Shown: piece after piece, positions 26,301-37,618 of the stretch
Position numbering within the stretch: position 1 is the first letter of the stretch
Layout: every line of letters starts with the position of its first letter
NCBI GenBank assembly: GCA_014905635.1
Contig: JABVCE010000033.1
Span: forward strand, 62,001 to 126,000
DNA length: 64,000 nucleotides
Direction: 5' to 3'
Source: Scenedesmus sp. PABB004
Taxonomy: Eukaryota
Program-made: the position numbers and the translations under genes
The notes under the pieces: model-generated
What the model was told of the DNA's origin: nothing
The model's database searches: none
Seen by the model: the letters and a program-made list of their open reading frames with translations, nothing else

Positions 26301-28120
26301 CGCGCTGTCGACCGCCGCGCTGGCCTGGTCGCGCGCTGCGTCGGCGCGCTCGCGCAGCGCCTCGGCCGCGTCGCCCGCCGCGCCAGCGGCGCCGCGCGCG
26401 GCGGGCGCGGGCTCGGCCGAGGTCGGGCCGCCCGCCGCTGCTGGCCCCGCGGCCTCGTCCGGCACCAGGCCGCCGGCCATCAGCTCCTCGCTGCTGCTGG
26501 CCTTGGTGGCAATGCCAGAAACCAGCTGAGCCAGGCCCGAGAGCAGCCCGCCGCCGCCGGCGCCGCCGGCCGCGGCGGTGCCGGGCGCGGGGCCGCCCGC
26601 GTCGCCGCCGAGCGCGCCGCCCGCAGCGTCGAGCCCCGCGCGCACGCGCTCCCGCGCGCCATCGAGGCCGCGCGCCGCGGCGTCGCGCGCGGCGCCAGCG
26701 CCCTCCGCCAGCGACGCGCCTGCGCCGCTGGGCGGCGGCGCGCCCTGGTCGGCGGCCGCGCGCACGGTGTCGCTGCGCGCGTCGCCGTCGTCCTTGGTCG
26801 CCGCCAGCGCCTCCTTCAGGCCCCGCATGTCGCCGACCGCCACGCCCTCGGTGCGCGGGTCGGGCGCGTCCGGCAGCGGCGTCGCCGGCGCGCCGCCGCC
26901 AAGGCCGAGCGCGTCCTGCGCCGGCGGGCAGCGCGGGGCGCTCGGCGGCGGCGGGGCGAGGCGCGCGCGGCGGCGGCCCGGCGCGCGCCGCCCCGCGCCG
27001 CGCGGCGCGCACCAGCAGGCCGCGCGCGCCGGCCGTCGCCGCTGCGACGACGTTGGCCTGGCCCGCGGGGTCGCCCGCCGCCACGCCGTGCTCGCGCGGC
27101 GTCGCGATCACCGGCTGCCTGGCGCCGCCGCCGGAGGCTGCCGCCCCGCCCGGCTCGCCCGCAGGCGCGCTGTCGTGCGCGCCGCGCGGCAGCGCCTTGG
27201 CCGGCGGCGCGTCCGCCGCTGCGCGCGCGCGACGGCGGCGGCGGCGGCGGCGCGTGAGCGCGCGGCCGCCGCGCAGCGCGGCGGCCGCGCCTGCGCGCCC
27301 CAGCCAGCCCGCGCGCCCGTACCGCTGGCGTTGCCGGCGCCGTCGGCGGCGCGGGTGTACTCCGGGTCATCGCTGGAAAACACGGCGCCCTCGTACGCCG
27401 TCGCGCCCCGCCCCGGCGCGTCGGGCGGCGCGTCGCCCAGGCCGAGCGCGCCCTGCGCGCGCACGCGCGGGCGTGCCGGGGGCGGCGCGGCGAGGGCTGT
27501 GAGCAGAGCGGCCGCAGCCGCGACTGGGCGGCTGAGGCAGCCGCTGCGCCCGGTGCCCGCACGGCCGCCGCGCCTTGACGGTCTCCTTGGCCGCGCCCAG
27601 CAGGCCGGCCGCCGCCGCCGCGACGTCGGCGGCGCCCTCCGCGGTCGCGCGCGCCGCGCCGTCGGCCGTCGCCGCCGCGCCGGCGGCCGCGTCGCGCAGG
27701 CGCGTCGTCGTGGCCTGGTCGGCGGCCGCGATCGTGCCCTTCACCGCCTCGCCCAGCCGCGAGGGCGGCGCGCCGGCGTAAAGCGCGGCCTGCTGCCCCT
27801 GCACCGCCTCCGTGAAGCTGGGCGCGCCCTGGTGGTCGCGCGGCGCCGCCGGGGGCTGCGAGCGCGCGCGGGGCGGCGGTGAGCGGGCGCCGGCAGCGGC
27901 GAGCGCGCGCGCGTGCGCGGCCGCGCCGCGCCGCCAGGGCGCGACCAACCTCGCCCGCGCCGGCCTCCTTCTTGGCGCGCAGCTCGGCCTCGAGGCGCAG
28001 CGCTGCGTCGTGGGCGCCGCGCAGCCCCGCGGCGGCGTGCGCCGGCTCCCCCTGCTCTGCGGCCTGCGTGGCCACCCGCGCGCGCTCTATGTCGACGACT
28101 GAAGGCCCCAGGTCTGCCAT
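20381..28120 (-). CDS. Very large Ala/Gly-rich LEA/hydrophilin-like protein (multi-exon; may be more than one gene)
   Basis: ATG at 28120 (MADLGPSVVDIE), then a chain of minus-strand exons bounded by GT/GC..CAG with A/D/E/G/R/K-rich amphipathic repeats, ending AAGQQGQE* at 20381. No internal stop or poly(A) break was recognised. Confidence 0.6.
25835..26350 (-). repeat. Coding tandem repeat, 66-bp period, about 8 units (22 aa = two 11-mers, LEA group 3-like)
   Basis: Anchor gcgctggcctggtcgcgc at 25855, 25987, 26053, 26119, 26185, 26251, 26317 (variant near 25921); peptide ARDQASAAANRAREGAAGAADA. Confidence 0.9.
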
Positions 28121-28300
28121 GGCGGCCGCTAGGGCGCGGCTGTGGCCCGCCCGCGAGCCGATGACGGCGGCGGTGCGGCGCTCGCGGCGTCTGCGGCTGT
28201 GACTGCGCTGTCAAGGCTCACGCTGGCGCGTGTGATCGGCGCGAGGGGGCGCGCGGGGCCCTAGCGTGCAGGGCGCCGGAGCGCTCGGGGCGGTTTTGTT

Positions 28301-29159
28301 TCACGCCGGCAGGCGCGCCCCGAGCGCCGCAGCGAGCTGCTTGTCGGCAGCGCCGTGCGCGCCGAGCGCGGCGAGCGTCTGGTTGGTCGTCGCCGCAAAC
28401 GGCCGCGCGGCGGCCATGAAGTCGACGGGGAAGCGCTGCAGCGCGGCCGCGGCCGGGCGGTCAGCGTGCCGCCGCGAGCGGCCGCGCGGCGGCAGAGAGA
28501 GAGACCCCGCCACGCGGTGCGCACCTTGTGGTAGGCCGCCAGCGTGATGCGGGGCAGCCCGGCGAGCGGCGGCTCGGGCGGCGGCGCCGCGCCGCCGCGC
28601 GCGGCGCGCGGCAGCACGTCGGCGTCGGTGGTGTTGCTCACGTAGCCGCTCGCGCGGCCGCCGTGCGGCGCGGCCAGGGCGGCGGCGGCGCCGTCGCACG
28701 GCGGCGGCGCGAGGCGCGGCTCGCCGCACGGCGGCGGCGCGGCGGCGCCGCGCGCGGCGCGCGCGGACGCGTCGGCCGTGAGCCGCTCCACCACGCCGCT
28801 CGCGGCGGCGCTGAGGTAGAGCCTGCGCGGGGACGGACGGGGCGCGGGCGGAGACCGTCGCGTTGGGCGCTGGCCGCCGGCCGCGAGCTGCCGGCGCGGG
28901 CCGCGGCGGCCGGCCGGGCGTGTTTGACAGCTCTGCCAGGCCAGGCAGCTCGGGCCAGGGGCAGCTCGGCGGCGCGCGGCGCGAGCGGCGCGCGAGCGCG
29001 CCTGCTGTACTCGTGCGCCGCGGTCCGGCTCAGCTCAACGCGCTCCGCGTAGCTGAGCGCGCTGGGCGCTGTCGCCGCTGCGGCCGCGGCCTCGAGGGCC
29101 TGACGCTGCTCGCGGGGCGCGGCGGGCGCGCCGCGGCGCCGCTGCTGCTCGCGCGGCAT
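28301..29159 (-). CDS. Hypothetical protein, about 3 exons
   Basis: MPREQQ...LSYAERVELSRTAAHEYS, LYLSAAASGVVERL..GYVSNTTDADV..RITLAAYHK|RFPVDFMAA..*; coding-like codon use and splice sites. Confidence 0.5.
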
Positions 29160-29595
29160 GGCGGACCACGCTGCGGCGAGAGGGAGGGCACCCGCGACCG
29201 GCCAGCAGTCTTCACGTGCGCGGGTGAGCAACTGGGGGGCGCGGGAGGGCGCGGGGCGCTCGGGCGCGCCGCTGCGGCGGCGCTACAGCCGCGGAGAGAT
29301 GGTCCGGCCAGCGCAGTGCTGTGCTGAAGAGTGATGGTGCTCGAACGTTGAGTGCATGCCGCCGCGGCGCGCGGGGCGCGCCCGCGGGGCCAACAGCAGT
29401 GCAGCTGGGCGGGCGGCCGCCGCGGGCTTCAAGTCGTCGCCAGGGAGTGGCGCGGGCGGCCGCGCGCACTCAAGCCGCAGTCCCTCAAACCCCAAGCTGC
29501 TTGTAGCAGGCCCACCCGCGTTCCGACGCCGTCTTGCGAGGCTGTGAGCACCAACGCGTGACCGACCGCCGAGCCGGCGCCCCCCGCCGCCGCCC

Positions 29596-30296
29596 TCAGC
29601 GCGCCGGCGCGGGCGCGGGCAGCGGCAGCGTGAGCGGCGGCGCGAGGTCCACGCCGCCGGCCGTCGCGATGATCGCGCCGTGCCGGAGCGTGATGAATTC
29701 GGACGCCGGCAGGCCCTGCTCCTCCATCACCGCCTGCAGCAGCTTGGGAGGCTCGTCCAGCGGCTCTGCGGCGCGGCCACGGTCGCGGCGGTCGCAACGC
29801 GGCCGCGCGGCGCGGCCGCCGGGCGCCGCCGTGTGCGCGGGGCGCCGCCCCGCGCGCGCGCGCGCCCACCTGTCGTGAGGGCAAAGGTGCAGCAGTGGAT
29901 GCCGATGGAGCGCCGCGAGCGCACCTCGCGATGGATCGCGACCGACTCCTCGGGGCCTGCGGGCGCCGGCCGCGGGCGCGGGCGCGGCGGCGCACGTCCG
30001 GCGCTGCCGGCGAGCGGGGGCGCGGGCGGTGCGCGCGCGCGCGGGCCTCGCGCGCGGGCCGCGAGGTGGCCGGCGGCGCGGGCGCGGCGGCGCGGGCGCG
30101 GCGGCCGCCCCTGCCCGCACCAACGTGCATCGGCGCCATGAAGCCCCGGGGCTCGTAGGCGCCTATGGGAATCGCGGCCAGGTCGAAGGGCCCTAGGCGC
30201 TCCCCGATCTCAGGAAACACGGGGCAGTACCCCGTGTCGCCTGCGCGGCGGCGGGCGGGGAAGAAGGCGGCGGCGGCGGCGGTGGCGGGCGGGGAA

Positions 30297-30333
<37 letters not shown>

Positions 30334-31872
30334 TGGCGGTGATGGTGTTGTGGGGGCGGTGGTGGTGGTGCGGCTGCGCGGGCGGGCGAGACGGCGGCGG
30401 CGCGAGGCCAGCGCGCGCGCGGGCTCACCCGCAAACCAGAAGCGCCGCGCCTCGCCGACGACCGCCCAGCCGCCCCAGAGCGTGGCGCGGCGGTCAAAGG
30501 CGCCCCGCGCGCTCCAGTGCTGCGCGGGCGTGAGCGTCACGCGCACCTGCGCGTGCCGCGGCGTCGCCCGTCAGCGCACGGGGCGGGCGCGTGCGTGCGC
30601 GTGCGTGCGCGTGCGTGCGCGTGCGCGCGCGCCGCGCATGCCGCTGCGCGCGCCGCCGCCGCGCGCGCCTTGCTGCCCGGGTGCTGCGCCTCCTGCCACC
30701 AGTCCAGCTCAGTGACGTTGGTGATGCCGCGCCGCGTGAACCAGGCCTTGAGCCCCAGCGGCACGTACCAGGCAAGGTCGTGGCCAAAGCGCCTGCGGGG
30801 GACCCGGCGACGCGGGCGCCGCGCCGTCGCCGCGCGGGCCAGCCGCCGAGAGGGGCGCCGGCCCTTGGCAAGCACGCGCTGCTGCGGCGCAGCGTGTGCT
30901 CTCACTTGTGCAGGCGCTCGACCGACCCCGAGTCCAGGTGGTCGTAGTGGTTGTGAGAGATGAGCACAAAGTCGAGGCGCGGCATCGCAGCGTCCTCGGG
31001 CACGAGCGCCGGCTGCACCGCGCTGCGGACGCGGCCCGGGCGGCGGGTCGGGCGGGCGCTCGCGGTCGGGCCCCGAGCCCCCGAGCCCCCGAGCCGCCAG
31101 GCCCCCGAGCCGCTGAGCCCCGAGCCGCTGAGCCCCGGCGCACCGCTGCGGGCCCACGAACTGCAGCGGCGACGAGCGCTGGCTGAAGAAGGGGTCGGTC
31201 ATGAACGAAACGCCCTCCAGCTGCACCAGCAGCGACGCGTGGCCCACCCACAGCGCCTGCACCGCGCCGCCCGGCGGCGCGCGCAGCGCGGCCGCGTCGG
31301 GCGGCACGCGCGGGAACGCGGCGCTGCGGCGGCGGCGGCGGCGGCGGCGCGGCGGGCGTGGGCGAGGGCCGCTGCGCGTGCGCGGCGCCGCGAGTGTGGC
31401 GCGCCGGCTGCAGGTGCCGCGCACCTGCAGTCGGCGAGGCTCGGCCGCCGGTTGCCTGCCAAATACCCCCAGTTTGGCGCCCCGAGCGCCCGCATCTCCC
31501 GCAGCAGGCCGAGCACGTCGCCCAGGCTCTTGTCCCCCGTCCACGTCGGCCAGGGGTTGTCGAACCGGGGGCCGAGCAGCGGCGGGCGCTGCGCCAGGTG
31601 GTGCGGCGGCAGCGTCGACGCGACCGCGCCCGCGCCCATGACTGCGCGGCCGCGGGCGGGCGCGCGGCGGCGGCGGAAGAGCCTGGGCGACTGGCACCAC
31701 GTCCGCAGCCAGCTGGTGCGCCGGCCGCTCGGCGGCGGCGGCGAGCGGCGGCGGCAGCGGCGGCGGCGGCGGAAGCTCCGCCGCCCGGCGCACCTGCGAC
31801 GCCCAGCGCGCTGGCGAGAACCGCGCGCAGGCTGTTGCTGAGCAGGCCGGCGCGCTGCAGGAAGAAGGACAT
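29596..31872 (-). CDS. NAPE-PLD-like metallo-beta-lactamase-fold hydrolase, multi-exon
   Basis: [51 protein letters not shown] (HxHxDH), [44 protein letters not shown]. Confidence 0.88.
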
Positions 31873-32521
31873 GGGGCGGCCTCGCGGCGGCGTGTCCGGC
31901 GGCGCTGCTGCGGCTGCGGCGGCGCGCACGCGGGGCGGGCGCGAAGCCTGGGCAGGGCCGCGCTGTGACCGGGCCGAAGCGGTTGAGAGTGAGAGCTGGC
32001 AAGCCGGGCACCAGGTCTTGCGTGACCAGGTCTTGCGCAGCTTTGTCGCGGGTTCTCGCTCGCACGCCACCCCCTCCTCCCGCGCAGCGCCCCCGATCAC
32101 CACACCGCCACCCCCACGCCTCCCGCGCCGCCCGCCCGGCCTCCCCGCGCTCAGCGCTCAGCGCCCGGTCGCTTGGCCGCTCCCCCCGCCCCCAGTCGCC
32201 CCCGCCGAGGCCTGCGTGGCCCGCGGTATGGGAGAGGGCTTGCACGCCCGCCACCCTCGCTCCCCGTGCCCGTTCTCCGCGCTGCGCACGCTCGGCGCGG
32301 CCTGCAAGCTCAATGTCGACCGCTGTGGCGCCCTGCTGTCCTTCCAGCGCGAGTGCTGTTGGAAGTGGCCTCGGTGAGGCCGTGGAGGCCGGCGCCGGGC
32401 CGCCGCGGGGCCGGGGCGCGCCGCGTGGCGCGACAGAGTTCGCAGCGCGCATGGCGCAAAATCTGGGCGCACCGGGCCGCCGGCTGGCCCTGCCGACCGT
32501 CCCGGCCCACTTTTGGCCCTC

Positions 32522-35500
32522 ATGGCCGCATTACACGGCATGCAGGGCGCTCTGCATGCCGTTTAGGGCTTGCCGGCAGCGTCGGCCGCGCCGCTGCCAC
32601 GCGTGCCGCTGCTGCGCCCACGCCCCGCCGCCCCGCCGCCGCCCCGCCGGCCCCCCGCCGCCCTCCCGCCCGCCGCCCGCAGACCCCCTTTTGCACCCGC
32701 TGGACCAGCTCACGGCGGGCGAGGTCTCGCGCGCGTCGGCCGCGGTGCGGCGCCACGCGCCGGGCGCGGGCGTTGAGGGCCCGCTGCGCTTCAACACGGT
32801 CATGCTGCTCGAGCCCCCCAAGGCGGCGCTGCTCGCGTACGAGGCCGGCGCGGGGCCGCGGCCGCCGCGCGCCGCGCGCGTGTGGGCGCTGCACCCGCCG
32901 GCCGGCACGCTCTACGAGGCCGAGGTGGCGCTCGGGGAGGCGGGCGGGCGCGACGCCGTGACGGCCTGGACCAAGGTGCGCGCGCGCGAGAGAGAGAGAG
33001 AGAGAGGGCCGCACAGCGCAGCGCCGCGGGGCGCGGGGCGCGGCCGTCCCGCGGCGCGGCGGCGGCGCCGCGCGCGCGCGCGCTGCAGCAGCGGCGGCCC
33101 CCGCGGCGGCGGCCCACGCCCGCCCCCCTCCCCCCCCCTCGCCGACCCGCACCCTCCGCCGCCGCGCCCGCCGCCGCGCCGTCCGCCGCCGCCGCCGCGG
33201 CCAGCTCGAGGGCGTGCAGCCGACGACGACGCCCGACGACTGCGCGCTCGCGGAGGAGATCATCCTGGCCGACCCGCGCATCCGCGGCCTCCTCGCGTCG
33301 CGCTACGGCGTGACCGACCCAGCGCTCATCGTGTTTGACCCCTGGTCCCTGCACGGCACGCCCGAGGAGTTCCGCGGCCGCCGCCTCATGCAGGCGCGCG
33401 CGCCGGCGCCGTGGCCGCCGCCGCCAAACCCCCCGCCGCAGCCGCCGCGCGCGCGCTCGCGCGCGCGTGCCGTCTGCCGACTGCGCCCCTCCGCTCGTGC
33501 TGCTGCCGTTTCAATCAATGACCGTCCGCTCGACCGCCCCCCGCCGCGTCCAGGGCTACCTGTATGTGCGGTCCTGCCGCGAGGACAATGAGTACGCCCA
33601 CCCGCTCGACCTCTGCCCCCTGGTCGACCTCAACCTCGGCAAGGGTGCGCCGCGCCCCGCCGCCCGCCGCGCTGTTGGACGTTTCAAGGGCCCGCCGCGC
33701 TGCGCGTGGCGAGCAGAGGGGGGGGGGGGGGGGGGGCGCAGGCGGCGCGAGCGCGCGAGGCGGGCGGCGCAGCCGCCGTCGACGGCGCGGGCTGAACCGC
33801 CCCGCCCCGCCCCGCCCGCCCCCGCCCCCTCCCACCCCTTCATCAGTCATCCATGTCGACATGTACGACGAGCCCGCCCGCATGCCGCCCACCATGGTGC
33901 GCCGCCGCCGTGCCGCCGAGCGCGCCCGCGCCGCGGCCGCGGATCGCGCCGCGCGCCGTGCCGCGCCGCGCGCCGGCGCCGAGCCCCCCCGCCGCGCCGC
34001 GCCGCGCCGCGCCGCGCCGCGCCGCGCCGAGCTGCGCCGAGCCCCCCCCCCCGCCCCCCGCCGCCCGCCGCGGCCGCCCGCAGGTCAACTACCACCGCGA
34101 CCTGGCCAAGGCCACGACCGGCCAGGCGTGGCGGTCGGACCTGCGGACCATCAACATCACGCAGCCCGAGGGCCCCAGCTTCACCGTGGGTGCGTGGCGG
34201 GCGCTCTGGACGCCCCGCGCCGCGCGCGCGCGCCGCGCGGGCGCGGGCGCGCGCTCGGGCCGCGCGGCGGCCGCCCGCCCGCCCGCCCGCGCGCGCCGCC
34301 GACGGGGCTGTGCGCCGCCGCAGAGGGCAACCTGGTGCGCTGGCAGAAGTGGCACATCCGCGTCGGCTTTAACGGCCGCGAGGGGCTCGTGCTCCACCAG
34401 GCGCGCGGCGCGGCGCGGCGTGGCGCAGCGCGGCGGCCGCCACGAGGCCCCGCCCGGCGCGCGGCGCGCGGTGGCGCGGGGCCGCGCCACCCCGTCGGCC
34501 GGCCGCGCCGCCGCTCAGGCCGCCGCCGCGCGCCCTCCCGCGCGGCGCAGGTCGGCTACATGGACGGCGGGCGGCTGCGCCCCGTGCTGCACCGCGCGAG
34601 CCTGTCGGAAATGACGGTGCGGCGCGCGCGCGCGCCGGCCGCCGCCGCGCGCTCAAACGACAACGTAACGCTTTTCAAAGTGACACAATAACAACATAAC
34701 AACGCAACGCAGGTCCCGTACGGCGACCCCAACTACCCCTACATTCGCAAGGCGGCCATGGACTGCGGCGACTACGGTGAGCCCGCGCCGCGCCGCGCGC
34801 CGCGCCGCCGCCACGTCGCCGTGCGCCGCGCCGCGCCGCGCCGCGCCGCGCCGCACCGCGCCAACGGCCCCCGCCGCCGCCGACGCCGTCGCGGCGCGCA
34901 GGCATGGGCTTCGTGGCCAACAGCCTCGAGCTCGGCTGCGACTGCCTCGGGTGCGCGCCGCGCGCCGCCCGTGCCGCACGAGGCCCGCCCAGCTGCCCGG
35001 CCCGGCCCCGCCCGCGCCCTCACCCCGCCCGCGCCCCGCCCGCGCCCCGCCTGCGCCGCCCTGCCTGTCCCGCCAGTCACATCAAGTACTTTGACGGCGT
35101 CGTCAACAACGCCCAGGTGGGTGCAGGGCCTCAGAGAACAGGGTTGTCCCTGCTCCCGCGGTCGGCTCGCCCGGCCCGGTGCTCTGCTGCAGGCGCGCTG
35201 CAGCGCGACCGGCGCGGCTCAGTTCGCGCTGCAGCTCGACCGAGCTCGGCCGAGCTCGCCAGAACTGGAGCGCGAACTGAGCCGCGCCGATCGCGCTGCA
35301 GCGGGCCTGCAGCAGAGCCCCAGAGCGGCCCACAGCACAGCCCAGTACTGCGCGGCGCGCGCTCACCGCGCCCACCTCGCTGCTCCGCCGCCCCGCACCG
35401 CGCCGCCGCTCCCACCCGCCACTCGCCCAGGGCGAGGGCCTGGTCATCCCCAAGGCCGTGTGCCTGCACGAGGAGGACGCAGGCATGCTGTGGAAGCACA

Positions 35501-37618
35501 CCGACGCGCGGCTGGGGCACGTGGAGGTGCGCCGCAACCGGCGGCTCGTCATCAGCATGGTCTCAACGGTGAGCCCAGCGCCGCGCGCCGCGCCGCGCCG
35601 CGCGGCATCGTGGGGCCCTGCTGGGGCGGCGACGCGACCTGGCCGGCGGCACCGCGCGCGCGCCGCTGGCCGGCGCGGCAGCAGCAGCGGCGCACGCGCC
35701 TGAGCCCCGCCCCGCCCCGCGCCGCCGCCGCTGGCTCCCATCCCCCCTCCCGCAGTTTGCCAACTACGAGTACGGTGAGCGCCGCGCGCCGAGCCCGCCC
35801 GCCGCGCGCCGCCGCTTGCCGCGCCGCCGCGCCGCCGCCCGCGCGGCCTGAGCCCTCGGACCCGCGCTGAACCCTCGCCCCGCCCTGCGCCGCCTAAACC
35901 GCCACAGGCATGTTTTGGTACTTTCACCTCGACGGCACGATCCAGCTCGAGATGAAGGTGCGGCCAGGACACCTGCAGGCCGCACCCGCGCGGCCGCAGC
36001 CGGGCCGCGCCGCTCCTCCCTCCTCCCGCCCGCCGCCACGCCCCGCCGCCGCCCGCCCGCTGCCGCGTCGACCCGCCGGCCCCCCGCCTGCCTGCCCCCC
36101 GGGCGCCGCGCCGACCCGCCGCGCCCGCCGCCGCGCCCGCGGCCGCCGCCGCAGCTCACCGGCATCCTCTCCACCAGCGTGACCGCCCTCGGCGAGCGCG
36201 ACCTCCCCTTTGGCGTGACTGTCGCGCCGGGGGTCGTCGCGAGCAACCACCAGCACCTCTTTGTGGTGCGGCTGGACCCCGCCGTCGACGACGACGCGGG
36301 CGGGCGGGGCCTGGTCGTCGCGGAGGTCAACGCCGAGCCGCTGCCCTGGGGGCCCGACAACCCGCACGGTGCGCGGCGCTGGCCTTTGCGCGCGCGCGGG
36401 CGGGGCGCCCGCCCGCGCGCGCGTGCAGGCGCGGGCGACGCCCGCCCGCCTGCGGCGAGCCCGCCGTGCTTAAGACTCCCGCCGCCGCCGCCGCCGCCGC
36501 CGCCGTGCCGCCGCAGGCAATGCGTTCCGCGTGACCGAGACGCCCCTCACGAGCGTGCACGGCGCGATGCGCATGGCCGCGCCGGAGAAGGGGCGCGCGT
36601 GGAAGATCAAAAACCCGGCCGTGCTCAACCCCGTCACCGGCCAGCCCGTGGCCTTCAAGCTCGTGCCCCAGACGAGTGCGCCGCGGCGGCCGCCGCGCCG
36701 CGCCGCGCCGCGCCGCGCCTCTCCCTCGCCCCGCCGCGCCGCGCCCTCACCCTCACGCCGCCCGCGCGCAGACTGCCCGATGCTGATGCAGCCGGACAGC
36801 CTCGTCGGGCGGCGCGCGTTCTTTGCCACGCGGCACCTGTTTGTCACGCCCCACGCCGACCGGGAGCTCTTTGCCGCGGGCGACCACGTCGTGCAGAGCG
36901 AGGACTGCCTCGGCCTCAAGCAGTGGACCAAGGAGGTGCGCAGTGCGCGCGAGTCGGCTCGCGCGCGCGCCGCTGCTGCTGCTGGCGGCCGGCGCGCGCG
37001 CGCGCGCGGCGTTTTGTGGGCCCGCGCCGACGCCGCGCCCGCCGCGCCGACGCCGCGCCCGCCGCCGATGCCGCCGCCCGCAGGACAAGAGCCTGGTCGG
37101 GGCCGACCCGGTGATCTGGTACTCCTTTGGCGTCACGCACCTCCCGCGCGTGGAAGACTTTCCAATCAGTGAGCGCCGCCGCCCCCCCCCCCCCGCCGCC
37201 GCACCCGCCCGCCGCCGCACCCGCCCGCGCGCCGCCGCCCGCGCGGCCCGCACCGCCGCCGCCCCTCCCCCGCACGGTGACCGATGGCCGACGCCCCCGC
37301 GCCGCGCCGCGCAGTGCCCGTGGAGACGGTCGGATTCAGCCTGCGGCCTGTCGGGTTCTTCCAGTGGAACCCCACGCTCGACGTGCCGCCCGAGGTGCGC
37401 GCGCGGCGCGGCGCGCGGCGCGCGCGGCCCCGGCCCCGCGCGCACGCGGCGCCGCGCCGCCGCACTCGGCCGCGCGCGCGCGCGCGCGCGGGCCGCGCCC
37501 GCCGCCCGCCTCACGCGGATGCGCGCCCGGCCGCCGCCCGCAGCGCAACGCGGCCAGCAAGGAGGAGGTGACGCCCCCGGCGCGCGGCGCCGCCGCGCCG
37601 CCGCGGAGCAAGCTGTGA
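32522..37618 (+). CDS. Copper amine oxidase (TPQ-dependent) with C-terminal PTS1 (SKL), about 18 exons; start uncertain
   Basis: HPLDQLT, DNEYAHP, ITQPEGPSF, WQKW, VPYGDP, catalytic Asp in AMDCGDYG, LELGCDCLG, HEEDAGMLWKH, ANYEY (TPQ site), NHQH, GVTHLPRVEDFP.MPVE, ends PPRSKL*. Confidence 0.93.
35181..35318. repeat. Symmetric intronic inverted repeat (54-bp arms with 3 mismatches, central 18-bp palindrome)
   Basis: 35181-35234 is the reverse complement of 35265-35318 except at 3 positions; cgagctcggccgagctcg at 35241-35258 has the same centre. Confidence 0.9.

Noticed and set aside
25835..26350. Regularly spaced repeats resembling a CRISPR array
   Set aside because: There are no unique spacers; it is an in-frame 66-bp coding tandem repeat in a eukaryotic gene, with no cas genes nearby.
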